A program made the position numbers and the translations under genes. Under the pieces are notes generated by a model that was given only the letters and a program-made list of their open reading frames with translations, had not been told where the DNA came from and did no database searches. A stretch of 64,000 nt of DNA from Anaerolineales bacterium. Lineage in GTDB: Bacteria; Chloroflexota; Anaerolineae; Anaerolineales; UBA11579. The number at the start of each line of letters is the position of its first letter. Positions within the stretch are counted from its first letter, which is position 1. Shown piece by piece: positions 27,305 through 36,593 of this stretch. The stretch covers positions 125,799-189,798 of the forward strand of contig JAHCIJ010000002.1 of NCBI GenBank assembly GCA_026129255.1, read 5' to 3'.

Positions 27305-28519
27305 ATGAATATCGAAGAGCAAGTCAAGACCCTGATGCAGGGTACCGAATACGGGGACACTAACCTGGCCAAGGCCATGGAAACCGAGCTGCGCCAGCGC
27401 CTCACCGAGGCGCACGCAAGCGGCCGCCCGCTGCGTGTGTACGCCGGCTTTGATCCGCGCACCACAGATCTGCACTTGGGTCACACCATCCCCATGCGCA
27501 AGCTGCGCCAGTTTCAGGATTTTGGCCATCACGTCGTCTTTCTCATCGGCAGCTTTACTTCGCTGATCGGTGACCCCTCCGACAAAGACCAATTGCGCCC
27601 CCAGCTCACCGCCGAGGATGTGGAGCAGAACGCCCGCACCTACGCGGAACAAGCCTTCCGCGTACTGGACCGCGAGAAGACCGAGGTGCGTCAGAATTCA
27701 GAATGGCTCTCGAAGCTCGATTTTGCTGACCTGATCAAATTGGCCGCCAACTTCACCCTGCAGCAATTCATCACGCGCGAGAACTTCCACCTGCGCTGGG
27801 AGAAGGGCGACCCCATCTACTTGCACGAGACCTTCTACCCCATCATGCAGGGCTACGATGCCTACGCCCTCAAGACCGATGTGCAAGTGGGCGGCACGGA
27901 CCAGCTCTTCAATATCCTCACCGCCGGGCGCAAGCTGATGAGCGCCATGGGCGAGAAACCCAACATCGGTATCATCCTCGGCATCCTGCCCGGCACGGAC
28001 GGCGAGATCAAGATGAGCAAATCGCTCGGCAACCATATTCCGCTCAATACCGACGCCAACGACATGTTCGGTAAGGTGATGAGCGTGCCAGACAAGGCCA
28101 TGGGCGCCTACATGCGCCTCGCCACCCGCTGGACTGCCAGCGAGGTGGCCCGCCGCGAGGCGGCCGTGGCCGACGGCAGCCTGCACCCGCGTGAGGCCAA
28201 AGCCGAGTTGGCTTACGAGATCACCGAGATCTTCTACGGAGCAGACCAGGCCGCCGCCGCCCGCCAGCAGTTCGATAGCGTGTTCCAGCAGGGGAATGTG
28301 CCAACGGAGATGGAAAGCTTCACCGCCGGCAGGGAGCAGGCGCTGATCGATGTGCTGACCGCAGCTGGCTTGGTCGCCAGCAAGAGCGAAGGCCGCCGTC
28401 TCATCGAACAAAAAGGGGTGCGTTTGGATGGCGAAGTCTTGAGCGACCCGGCTGCCCCGCTACCGGCTGCTGGCGTGCTGCAGGTGGGCAAACGGCGTTT
28501 CGTCCGCATTGAGTTCTAA
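27305..28519 (+). CDS. tyrS: tyrosine--tRNA ligase
   Basis: Start at ATG 27305 with GGAG 6 nt upstream. HIGH-type DLHLGH, KMSKS motif, and a C-terminal S4 domain. Confidence 0.93.
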   Translation: MNIEEQVKTLMQGTEYGDTNLAKAMETELRQRLTEAHASGRPLRVYAGFDPRTTDLHLGHTIPMRKLRQFQDFGHHVVFLIGSFTSLIGDPSDKDQLRPQLTAEDVEQNARTYAEQAFRVLDREKTEVRQNSEWLSKLDFADLIKLAANFTLQQFITRENFHLRWEKGDPIYLHETFYPIMQGYDAYALKTDVQVGGTDQLFNILTAGRKLMSAMGEKPNIGIILGILPGTDGEIKMSKSLGNHIPLNTDANDMFGKVMSVPDKAMGAYMRLATRWTASEVARREAAVADGSLHPREAKAELAYEITEIFYGADQAAAARQQFDSVFQQGNVPTEMESFTAGREQALIDVLTAAGLVASKSEGRRLIEQKGVRLDGEVLSDPAAPLPAAGVLQVGKRRFVRIEF

Positions 28520-28550
28520 AAAAACACCCGCCAGCTGGCGGGTGTTTTTT
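28518..28550. terminator. bidirectional intrinsic terminator between convergent tyrS and the SEDS-PBP gene
   Basis: AAAAAA-ACACCCGCC-agct-GGCGGGTGT-TTTTT. Confidence 0.85.
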
Positions 28551-28555
28551 CATTT

Positions 28556-31192
28556 CTATTCGCCCAGCGCACTCAGCAGCACCTCGCGCCCGATGCTGCG
28601 TGCCTGTGCTGTGGTGCCGCCTTCGAGCAGCACCACGACCACATGCGGCGCCTGGTTGCCGCGGCTCAGGCTACCCGCTAGATACCAGGCGTAGCGCTGG
28701 TCATTGTCTCCGCGGGCATAGGCTTCCATCTCCCAGATGGGCTGGTCGCTGGCGGCCAGCTTTTGCGCCAGGCTGAAGGCCGCCACGCTGCTCAGCACCG
28801 CTTTTGGTTCAGCTACTTCTGCATACGGGTGCCATTCACCGTTGGCGTCCTTCACAGCCAGCGCCAACTGGGCTTCCGGCAGCAGGCCGCCGTTGCTTAG
28901 TGTGGCGGCAACGCGCGCCATCTGCAAGAGCGTCACGCGCATCCCGGCCTGGCCGGTGGCGGCCTCGCCGGGGCGCGGCAGGCTGGCGGGTGCACTGAAG
29001 CTCGGCTGGGTCAGCGGCACGGCAGGCGTGCTGTACAGGCCCAGCGCGTTGTACAGGTCCAGCAGACCGGTCTCGCCCAACGCCAGGCCCAGCTGGGCCA
29101 GCGCGCCAGGGCAGGCCGCTTGGACCAGTGCATCCCAATCACGCGCAGCGTCTGGCTGGCGGCTGCATTCCAGCGTGCGCTCGTTGAGGGTGTAGCTGGT
29201 TTCGCCGCTGGGTTCAGGCAGCACACTTTGGCTGCGCGCCGCCGCCAGCAACCACGGACCCAGGATGCCCGCCGGCGCATAGGCGCCTTGCACGGCGCGG
29301 TTCATCAGCGGCGAATCTTGGTTGCTAAGCAGCGCGGGCCACTCCTGGCTGAGCGTAGCGGCGCTGAAGCCCGGCTGCGAGGCCATGGCGCGCACCTCGC
29401 CCGTGCTGGCATCCATCAACACCAGCGCACCGCGCTGGCCCTGCAATGCCTGCAGGCTGTGCAACGTGAGCTGCGTATCCAGGCTGAGTTGCACATCCAG
29501 CCCCGGTGAAGGCTGGCCGTACAAGATATGGCTCAACCACAAGCCCCAGGCTGGCTGGCGCTCCTCACCGCGCAGGATCGGGTCCAGACCGTCTTCCAAA
29601 CCGGATTGGCCGAACTGTGCGTGCGAATAGCCCAGAATATTGCCCAGGCTGGATTGAACGTAGGCGCGCGTGTACTGCCCGGCGCCGCCCGTGGTGCTGG
29701 AGAGCAGTTGCAGCTCCATATCCAACAGTGCCCCGCGCCACACATAGCGGTCAGACTGGCCGCGGCGCGCATTGTCTGGCCGGGTCAGCAGGTCTGGCCC
29801 GCGCACCACACCCCACCAGCCGGTAATGAGGGCCGCCAGCGCGAAGGCGCCCAGCAACAGACCGGCGATGATCAGCGTGGGCTTGCTGTTGAGCATCGGC
29901 GCCGAGCGGTGCACACCGTCGTGGCTGACCAGCGTCAATAGCAGCAAGGCGAAGAATGAGATCAGCATGGAGGAGCCGCCGTAGGAGACAAACGGCAGCG
30001 TGACGCCAGTGAGCGGCAGCATGCGAATGTTGCCGCCGATGATGAGCAAACTCTGGCTGGAAATGTAGGCCGCCAAGCCAATGGCGAGATAGCGCTGATA
30101 TGCATCCCGCGCGTGCAGCGAGATGCGCAGGGCACGCACCACCAGAAAGGCGATCAGCGAGAGCAGGGCGATGGCGCCTAGTAGTCCGGTCTCTTCCACG
30201 ATCGAGGTATAGATAAAGTCGCTGTGCGCCACGGGCACGAAGCCGGGGCTGCCCATGCCCGGCCCGCGGCCAAACAAGCCGCCGGCCGCGATTGCCATCA
30301 GAGCTTGCACGATCTGGTACGAGCGATTGGTGGGGTCTAGCCAGGGATTCAGCCAGCTATCGATGCGCGCGTGCACGAGGCCCACCAGCTCGTACCCAGC
30401 GATCATTGCCAACACCAGCACCAGCGCGCTGGCCAGCAGCACGCGGCGTTTGCCCGCCGCGATGTAGATCAGGATCGTATAGATGAAGATGAACACCCAC
30501 GCTGTGCCCAAATCGCGCTGCACCATGAGCAGCAACAGGACTGCGCCGGTCATCACTGCGGTGGGGGCCAGCAACGGCAGCAGGCCGCTCATCAGCGGCT
30601 GCCTGTCGGCCAGGTAGGCGGACAGATAAATAATGAGCAGCAGCTTGAGCAACTCAGATGGCTGGAAATACAGGCCGCAGCAGCCCAGCCACAGATCCGG
30701 CCCGATGCCGGAGGGGTTGGTGCCAAAAAAGAAGGTGAGCGCCGTGATGAGCAGCCCGGCCAGCAGCCACACATACTTGTAGCGTCGCAGGGTGGGCAGA
30801 ATGCGCTCGCGGTAGCGCAGCGCGGCCACAAACAGGGCGCAGCTCACCGCCAGCCAGGCCGTCTGGCGCAAGCCAAACTCAAAGGTCAGCCGCCAGATGG
30901 TGAGCAGCCCCCAGCCCGCCAGCAGCCCGGCCACCGGAATAATAAAGGGGTCACGGTTGGGCAGCTTCTCGCGCGTGCGCCGGTCCAGCCAGAACAGCGC
31001 CAGCACCCACACCGCCACGCCCAGCCAATGCGCCCAGCGCAGCTCGGCCAGCGGCAGCAGGCTGCGCTGCCGCACGGCCGGCGAGAGCGTGAGCGCCAAG
31101 GCAAACAGCCCCAGGAAGGCCGCCGCCAGCCGCAACAGGCTGGCGGACACGCTGGCTGGCAGCAGGCGCCTCAGGGGGCGGGGGATGTTCAT
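28556..31192 (-). CDS. FtsW/RodA (SEDS) peptidoglycan polymerase fused to a class-B PBP-like domain with degenerate active-site motifs
   Basis: N-terminal ~440 aa are SEDS (FQPSELLKL, VQRDLGT, GRGPGMG.P..VP.AHSDFIY, LPLTGVTLPFVSYGGSS). An extra TM follows, then a transpeptidase-fold region (NRAVQGAYAPAG..., GQAGMRVTLLQMARVAATLSNGG). Confidence 0.85.
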   Translation of the reverse strand: MNIPRPLRRLLPASVSASLLRLAAAFLGLFALALTLSPAVRQRSLLPLAELRWAHWLGVAVWVLALFWLDRRTREKLPNRDPFIIPVAGLLAGWGLLTIWRLTFEFGLRQTAWLAVSCALFVAALRYRERILPTLRRYKYVWLLAGLLITALTFFFGTNPSGIGPDLWLGCCGLYFQPSELLKLLLIIYLSAYLADRQPLMSGLLPLLAPTAVMTGAVLLLLMVQRDLGTAWVFIFIYTILIYIAAGKRRVLLASALVLVLAMIAGYELVGLVHARIDSWLNPWLDPTNRSYQIVQALMAIAAGGLFGRGPGMGSPGFVPVAHSDFIYTSIVEETGLLGAIALLSLIAFLVVRALRISLHARDAYQRYLAIGLAAYISSQSLLIIGGNIRMLPLTGVTLPFVSYGGSSMLISFFALLLLTLVSHDGVHRSAPMLNSKPTLIIAGLLLGAFALAALITGWWGVVRGPDLLTRPDNARRGQSDRYVWRGALLDMELQLLSSTTGGAGQYTRAYVQSSLGNILGYSHAQFGQSGLEDGLDPILRGEERQPAWGLWLSHILYGQPSPGLDVQLSLDTQLTLHSLQALQGQRGALVLMDASTGEVRAMASQPGFSAATLSQEWPALLSNQDSPLMNRAVQGAYAPAGILGPWLLAAARSQSVLPEPSGETSYTLNERTLECSRQPDAARDWDALVQAACPGALAQLGLALGETGLLDLYNALGLYSTPAVPLTQPSFSAPASLPRPGEAATGQAGMRVTLLQMARVAATLSNGGLLPEAQLALAVKDANGEWHPYAEVAEPKAVLSSVAAFSLAQKLAASDQPIWEMEAYARGDNDQRYAWYLAGSLSRGNQAPHVVVVLLEGGTTAQARSIGREVLLSALGE

Positions 31193-32052
31193 TCGTTCAG
31201 GTACTTGTCCACCAGCAAGCCAAGCTTCTGGCGCGCCGCCGGGTCGATATTACTTTTGTGGGTGATGAGCGCATCGGCCAGCGCGTTCTCACAGTTGCAC
31301 TCCGGCGCCTGCAGGTTGGCAGCCAGCTCGCGGATGGCGCCTTGGGCGTGGTGCGTGTTCTTTTGCATGGTGCCCATCACCATATCCACGCTTACCGGCT
31401 CATGGTGCCACACGTCATAGTCGGTCACGTGCGCCATCACGGCGTAGCACAGCTCGGCTTCGCGCGCCAAGAAGGCTTCGGGTGAGGTGGTCATACCGAT
31501 GATCGAGAGTCCCCACGAGCGGTAGATGTTGGACTCAGCGCGTGTGGAGAAGCGCGGCCCCTCCACGGTGATGTAATCCGCACCCAGGTGCGCAGTGGCG
31601 CCTGCCGCTACGCAGGCGCTGTGCAGCTGCTTGCTGAAGCTGTGGCAGAACGGGTCTGCTACACCCACATGCGTCACCAGCCCGGGGTCATCAAAGAACG
31701 AGCTGATGCGGCGGCGTGTGAAATCGAACAATTGATTGGGCACTACGATGTGGCCGGGCTCAAAATCCTCGCGCAGCGAGCCGCACGCGCTCACTGCCAC
31801 CACCCAGCGCGCCCCGAGCGACTTCAGCGCGTAGATGTTGGCGCGGTAGTTGACATGCGTGGGCGAGATGGTGTGCTTGAGGCCATGGCGCGCCAGGAAG
31901 GCGACACGGCGGCCCTCCAGCGTGCCGGTGATCACCGGAGCGCTGGGTTCGCCAAACGGCGTGGTGATGATGTGATCCTGTTTGTCTTCCAGGCCGGGCA
32001 TGTCGTACAGCCCAGAGCCACCGATAATGGCGAGGTGCGGTGTGTCGGTCAT
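31189..32052 (-). CDS. mtnP: S-methyl-5'-thioadenosine phosphorylase
   Basis: AIIGGSGLY, FLARHG..H.I.P..VNYRANI.ALK.LG, and IGMTTSPEA. 4-nt overlaps at both ends. Confidence 0.9.
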   Translation of the reverse strand: MTDTPHLAIIGGSGLYDMPGLEDKQDHIITTPFGEPSAPVITGTLEGRRVAFLARHGLKHTISPTHVNYRANIYALKSLGARWVVAVSACGSLREDFEPGHIVVPNQLFDFTRRRISSFFDDPGLVTHVGVADPFCHSFSKQLHSACVAAGATAHLGADYITVEGPRFSTRAESNIYRSWGLSIIGMTTSPEAFLAREAELCYAVMAHVTDYDVWHHEPVSVDMVMGTMQKNTHHAQGAIRELAANLQAPECNCENALADALITHKSNIDPAARQKLGLLVDKYLNE

Positions 32053-32510
32053 GGCAGTTCCTGTGCTTGAGTGGTCTGGGGCAGCGCTTCAATTTGCAGG
32101 GCAAAGCTCACCTGCCCACAGCGAATACGGTCTTGATTGGTTAACACCACCGGGGCGCGCAGCGCATCGCCGTTGAGGAACGTGCCGTTGCGAGAGCCGA
32201 GATCCTCTAGCCACCAATGGTCATGGTGGAACACCAGACGGGCGTGGCGCGAGGAGACGGTGTCATCGTTCAGCATCCACTCGCAGCTGGGGTGGCGGCC
32301 GAGCGTGACCTCGGGCGTGGCAAAGCGTAGCTGCTCACCCCCAGCTTCCTGCGTGATCAGCAGGGCTGGCACGCGTTGGCGCGCCAGGTTGCTGGCCTGC
32401 TGGTTGAGCTCGCGCCATAGGGTGAGAAAGCACCAGGCCAGGAAGCCATACAAGGCTACGGCCATCAAGGCGCGCAGCCCCAAGAGGATGTAGGCGGTGA
32501 GGTCAGCCAT
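32049..32510 (-). CDS. FHA domain protein with N-terminal membrane anchor (FhaB/FipA-like)
   Basis: TM helix, then the FHA core TLGRHPSCEWMLNDDTVSSRHARL...LGSRNGTFLNG. Confidence 0.85.
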   Translation of the reverse strand: MADLTAYILLGLRALMAVALYGFLAWCFLTLWRELNQQASNLARQRVPALLITQEAGGEQLRFATPEVTLGRHPSCEWMLNDDTVSSRHARLVFHHDHWWLEDLGSRNGTFLNGDALRAPVVLTNQDRIRCGQVSFALQIEALPQTTQAQELP

Positions 32511-33298
32511 TAACTCAAACGCTGTGCGCTGGTCTGGATTTCCTGGGTCTCCTGGGCTTTGCCAGAGGCGTCTTGCCCATAGATCAGTGGTACCACACCC
32601 GCCAACTGGATCACGTCGCCCGCCAGCAGGATGGCGTTCTTGTTTTCCACGCCATTGATGTGTGAACCGCCGGTGGAGCCCAGGTCGAAGAAGTGATAGT
32701 GCCCAGCGATGGCACGCAGTTGTGCGTGGCGACGGGATACCTGGGCGTTATCGATGACCAGCTGGTTGTCGTTCTTGCGCCCGATATTGATGATGGGTTG
32801 GGTGAGGGGGAAGATCTCAGCCCCGGCCACGATGAGAAAAGCTCCGGCCGGGATCTGTGCCTGCATGTCGGCGGCGTCCAGCGCCTGCAGGCTCTGCGTG
32901 GTGCTCAGGCTCTCGCCGACGCCTGCCGCCCGCACGCGGAACTCGCCTTCGGCCAGCCCTTCTTGTGGGGCAACGCGCAGCACCAGCTCGCCAGCGATCT
33001 GGATACCTGTCTGGGCCGCAGCGTGCGTGAGCGCACTCGCCAAGCCTTCCAACAGGGCAGTGTTGGCACGCAGGCCGCTGGCATGCTCCGGGTGAGCCAG
33101 GATGGTATAGGTGTTTGGCGCCTGCAGCGCATCCGCGCCAGCCAGTTGTACTTCTGTCTGCATGGCTTCGATCAGTTGGGAGGCCAGCGCCGCCGTGGTG
33201 TCTTGTGACGCGAACAGACGCGAGGTGCCTTCTTCGATCAGGCGTTGCAAGCGCGCTTCCAGCCTGTTTAGCTGGCTTGGGCGTTGGGGCTGGCTCAT
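32510..33298 (-). CDS. FhaA-like protein (DUF3662-type N-terminal domain + C-terminal FHA)
   Basis: Start moved to ATG 33298 (MSQPQRPSQLNRLEARLQRLIEEG). FHA core INIGRKNDNQLVIDNAQVSRRHAQL...GSTGGSHING. The upstream 119 codons of the track ORF have no support. Confidence 0.8.
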   Translation of the reverse strand: MSQPQRPSQLNRLEARLQRLIEEGTSRLFASQDTTAALASQLIEAMQTEVQLAGADALQAPNTYTILAHPEHASGLRANTALLEGLASALTHAAAQTGIQIAGELVLRVAPQEGLAEGEFRVRAAGVGESLSTTQSLQALDAADMQAQIPAGAFLIVAGAEIFPLTQPIINIGRKNDNQLVIDNAQVSRRHAQLRAIAGHYHFFDLGSTGGSHINGVENKNAILLAGDVIQLAGVVPLIYGQDASGKAQETQEIQTSAQRLS

Positions 33299-33412
33299 GC
33301 AAGCGATTTTATCGTTTTCGCCTCCGCCGTGCTGGCACAGGGTGCATGGTTTAATCAACTTTAATACAGTTCTGGCTGCAAGCGGGAACATACTGGGGAT
33401 CGGAGGCGTTGT

Positions 33413-33814
33413 GTGGATATGAAAAAGCAGATTGTTGTTCTTGTACTTCTGGCCGCGGCGCTCGCGGCCTGTGGCGCCCCGGCCGCCGAGAAGCCGGATG
33501 GCACGCACGGCCCGGTGTACTTTGACTCGCTCAACGTGCTGGTGCTGGAGAGCTTTCCTATCCAGCTGCGCCTGGTGATGCAGGGCAACCTGCCTACGCC
33601 GTGCCATGAATTGGCCTATACGATCGCCGCGCCCAATGCCGCCAACGAGATCCATATCGAGGTCTACACCACAGTCGACCCGGCCGTCACCTGCATGCAG
33701 GTGCTGCAGCCCTTCGATGAGTCCATCGCCATCCCGCTGGATGGTGTGCCGGATGGTGAGTACAGCCTGTGGGTCAACGGCGAGCAGGCCGGCGAGTTCA
33801 GCTATCCGGGGTAA
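33413..33814 (+). CDS. hypothetical lipoprotein
   Basis: Lipobox LLAAALAAC. GTG 33413 or ATG 33419, with GGAGG upstream. Confidence 0.65.
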   Translation: MDMKKQIVVLVLLAAALAACGAPAAEKPDGTHGPVYFDSLNVLVLESFPIQLRLVMQGNLPTPCHELAYTIAAPNAANEIHIEVYTTVDPAVTCMQVLQPFDESIAIPLDGVPDGEYSLWVNGEQAGEFSYPG

Positions 33815-33901
33815 GCTGTAGTTGCTCGCTCGCCGTCATTGCGAGGAGTAGTCGCTGCGTAGCAACGGCAACGGACGAAGCAATCTCCAAACTGTAACTG
33901 C

Positions 33902-33965
33902 ACATTGACGAGGGGATTGCTTCGTCGGCTGCACTTCGTGCAGCACTCCTCGCAATGACGTAGAA
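33902..33965 (+). repeat. 64-nt exact direct repeat, copy 1
   Basis: CTGTAACTGCACATTGACGAGGGGATTGCTTCGTCGGCTGCACTTCGTGCAGCACTCCTCGCAA, identical to 34197..34260. Confidence 0.85.
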
Positions 33966-34196
33966 CCATCATTGCGAGGCGCAGGCAGGTCTGCGCACGA
34001 AGCAATCTGAGTTGCAATCCTGCCCCGCGCAAAAGCTTGTTTGTCATTCCGAACGAGGCCGAAGGCCGAGGAGGAATCCGTTATAGGCTGGTTTGAGTTA
34101 AGGCATATGTGGTGGAGCACAAACCACCTGAGTTCGGATTCTTCCGCTGGGCTTCACAGCGGCAACGGACAAGCAATCGATTGCACAATCCCCAAG

Positions 34197-34260
34197 CTGT
34201 AACTGCACATTGACGAGGGGATTGCTTCGTCGGCTGCACTTCGTGCAGCACTCCTCGCAA
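34197..34260 (+). repeat. 64-nt exact direct repeat, copy 2
   Basis: Identical to 33902..33965. Confidence 0.85.
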
Positions 34261-34279
34261 AGACGTAAATTGCCCTTAC

Positions 34280-34318
34280 AAAAAAGAGGCGCAGCATTTG
34301 CTGCGCCTCTTTTTTTTT
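34280..34318. terminator. bidirectional intrinsic terminator; terminates etfBA on the minus strand
   Basis: AAAAAA-GAGGCGCAGCA-tt-TGCTGCGCCTC-TTTTTTTTT. Confidence 0.85.
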
Positions 34319-34387
34319 AGTCAGGTAATTGACGACAACTCAGACTTTAGACCTACAAGCTGAAAGCTAACAGCTAACCGCTAATAG

Positions 34388-35422
34388 CTACTTACCCAGC
34401 CGCTCCTGGAACGCCTTGGTCAGCGCCGGTACGATCTCGTACAGATCGCCCACTACGCCAAAGCGCGCCAGCTTGAAGATCGGCGCGTCCGGGTCTTTGT
34501 TCACGGCCACGATCACCTTGCTGGTGCGCATGCCCGCCAGATGCTGGATGGCGCCGGAGATGCCCAGCGCGATGTATAGATCCGGCGAGACCACTTTGCC
34601 GGTCTGGCCGACTTGATTGGCATACGGAATGTAGCCCGCATCCACCGCAGCGCGGCTGGCGCCCACCGCGCCGTTCAGCGCCTGGGCCAGCTCGCCGATC
34701 ATGACGAAGCCCTGCTGGGCACGCCAGATCTCCTTCTCTTTCTCGTCGGTGATCTCGGCTGGCGGCGTCAGGGCCGGGTTGTTGGCCACGCCGCGCCCAC
34801 CCGAGATAATCACACCTGCATCGCCCAGGCTGACGCGGCCTTCCACGGTGGCGTAATCCACCACCTTGGTTTGCAAGTCACCCTCAGCCACGGCGGCGGC
34901 CACCTTGGTGACCGTGCCGCTGCGGCTGGCGTCCGCCGCCGGCTTGCCGAAGGCGCGCCCGCGTAGCGTGATCAGCGCTGGCTTGGCGTTCACCACCACT
35001 TTGCTCAGCAGCTTGCCGGCATAAATGGGGTGGATGGCAGCCAGTGTGCCGCCTTCATCTTTGATCTCGGTAACATCCGGCAGCACGCCGCTGTCCATGT
35101 CGATCGCCGCCATGGCGGCGATCTCACGCCCGCGCGTGCTGGTGGGGAACAGCACCGCATCCGGTTGCTGCTCCTTGGCCAGCTTGCTCAGCAAGCTGGC
35201 ATATGCCTCGGCGCGGTAATCGGCCAGGCTGGCGTCCTCGCCCAACAGCACCTCGTCGGCGCCGTAGTGGAAGGCGGTCTGTGCCAGCGCGTCCACACCC
35301 TCACCGAAGATGAGCGCGGTCACTTTACTGCCGATCGTCTTGGCGGCTGCGATGGCCTCATACGAGGCGGGCAGGGCCGCGCCTTTGAAATGGTCTACGT
35401 ACACCCACACGTTGCCAGCCAC
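34388..35422 (-). CDS. etfA: electron transfer flavoprotein subunit alpha
   Basis: FAD-binding C-terminal region: [34 protein letters not shown]. Confidence 0.92.
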   Translation of the reverse strand: MAGNVWVYVDHFKGAALPASYEAIAAAKTIGSKVTALIFGEGVDALAQTAFHYGADEVLLGEDASLADYRAEAYASLLSKLAKEQQPDAVLFPTSTRGREIAAMAAIDMDSGVLPDVTEIKDEGGTLAAIHPIYAGKLLSKVVVNAKPALITLRGRAFGKPAADASRSGTVTKVAAAVAEGDLQTKVVDYATVEGRVSLGDAGVIISGGRGVANNPALTPPAEITDEKEKEIWRAQQGFVMIGELAQALNGAVGASRAAVDAGYIPYANQVGQTGKVVSPDLYIALGISGAIQHLAGMRTSKVIVAVNKDPDAPIFKLARFGVVGDLYEIVPALTKAFQERLGK

Positions 35423-36195
35423 TACAGCACCCCTTCAGCAATGATCAGGTCGGCCAGCTTGGCGGCGATCTCATCGGCATTGGCGCCGGTGATCATTTCG
35501 TTGGTCACTTCACGTTGGGCGGGAGCCGTGATCTCGCTCCAGCTCACCTTGGATTCCGGTGCGCCGATGCCGAGGTCACCCAGGCTCCATACGGGAATCT
35601 CGGCCTTGGAGGCCTTGCGGATGCCCATGAAGGATGGGTAGCGTGGCTCAGAAAAATCTTTGACGATGCTGAGCACCGCCGGCAGCTTGCCTTCCACCAC
35701 CTGGCGGCCTTCTTCGATGGCGCGCTCCACTTTGATCGTGCCAGCCTCCAGCGCCGGGATGGCAGCTATCATGCTCAGCACGGGCCAGCCCAGCACACGC
35801 GCCGTCATGGCCGGGGCCAGGCCGGTGTCTGAGTCGATGGCTTGGCGGCCGAAAACCGCCAGGTCTACGCCGCCCAGCTTTTGCACTGCGGCGGCAAACA
35901 CGCGGGCGGCCGCAGTGGCGTCTGCCGCGGCCAGCGCCGGGTCGCTGATCAGCGTGGCGCTGTTAGCGCCCATCGCCAGGGCGTGTTTGAGCGCCTCTTT
36001 GGCGTTCTCATCGCCCAGGCTGAAGGCGGCCACTTCGCCGTTGTGCTTCTCGGCCAGTTGCAGCGCGGCCTCAACGGCATATTCATCCCACGGGTTGATC
36101 ACCAGCGGGGCGTCGCCCCAATTCACAACACCGTTATCCACCGTCAGCTTGGCGGCAGAATCCGGCACTTGTTTCACAAAGACTGCTATTTTCAA
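35422..36195 (-). CDS. etfB: electron transfer flavoprotein subunit beta
   Basis: MKIAVFVKQVPD...INPWDEYAVE.AL. Its stop abuts the etfA start. Confidence 0.92.
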   Translation of the reverse strand: MKIAVFVKQVPDSAAKLTVDNGVVNWGDAPLVINPWDEYAVEAALQLAEKHNGEVAAFSLGDENAKEALKHALAMGANSATLISDPALAAADATAAARVFAAAVQKLGGVDLAVFGRQAIDSDTGLAPAMTARVLGWPVLSMIAAIPALEAGTIKVERAIEEGRQVVEGKLPAVLSIVKDFSEPRYPSFMGIRKASKAEIPVWSLGDLGIGAPESKVSWSEITAPAQREVTNEMITGANADEIAAKLADLIIAEGVL

Positions 36196-36216
36196 CGTTC
36201 CTCCTAGCTTTTCCTC

Positions 36217-36286
36217 GTCATTGCGAGGAGTATGCAGTGTGATGCATGAAATGCATCACACTGCAACGGACGAAGCAATCTGGTTT
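36217..36286 (+). repeat. hairpin repeat, ATTGC/GCAAT subfamily; terminal copy flanking GIY-YIG gene 2
   Basis: GTCATTGCGAGGAG-[TGCAGTGTGATGCAT-gaa-ATGCATCACACTGCA]-ACGGACGAAGCAATCTGGTTT. Confidence 0.85.
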
Positions 36287-36291
36287 TAAGC

Positions 36292-36588
36292 CTAACTAAA
36301 AAGCTCCGTGTACAAATCTCTCCACTCAGGATTGATACTTTCTATCAGATCAATCTTTCTTTGTCTTGAACCAGCCTTGATCTGCTTCTCTCGGGCAATG
36401 GCGTCAAGCATTTGTTCAGTGGTTTCAAAATACACCAGTTTGTTTACACGATACTTTGCAGTAAACCTTCCTGGCACCTGTTCTCGATGTTCCAAAACCC
36501 TTCGTTGCAGGTTGTTAGTTACACCGGTGTACAGGACTTTATTATGACTATTCGTCATTATGTAAACGCAGGGTTGGTTTTCGCTCAT
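36292..36588 (-). CDS. GIY-YIG nuclease family protein (COG2827/URI-type, 98 aa)
   Basis: Start moved to ATG 36588 (MSENQPCVYIMTN...LYTGVTNNLQRRVLEH...EKQIKAG). The 13 extra N-terminal codons of the track ORF (MSLRAQRSNLVSS) are read from the flanking repeat. AT-richer than its flanks. Confidence 0.85.
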   Translation of the reverse strand: MSENQPCVYIMTNSHNKVLYTGVTNNLQRRVLEHREQVPGRFTAKYRVNKLVYFETTEQMLDAIAREKQIKAGSRQRKIDLIESINPEWRDLYTELFS

Positions 36589-36593
36589 GCTTG

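Larger units (their letters stand above)
33845..34264. repeat. hotspot of at least six hairpin-repeat copies
   Basis: ATTGC-type copies at 33845..33898 (+), 33922..33969 (-), 33978..34019 (+) and 34217..34264 (-). ATTCC-type copy at 34043..34082 (+). A partial 3' box at 34168..34179. Confidence 0.85.

Noticed and set aside
33299-33655. 119-codon N-terminal extension of the FhaA-like ORF (track start 33655)
   Set aside because: The extension overlaps the divergent promoter region and the start of the plus-strand lipoprotein gene. It has shadow-frame composition. The FhaA-type N-terminal helix (LNRLEARLQRLIEEG) begins right after Met 33298.
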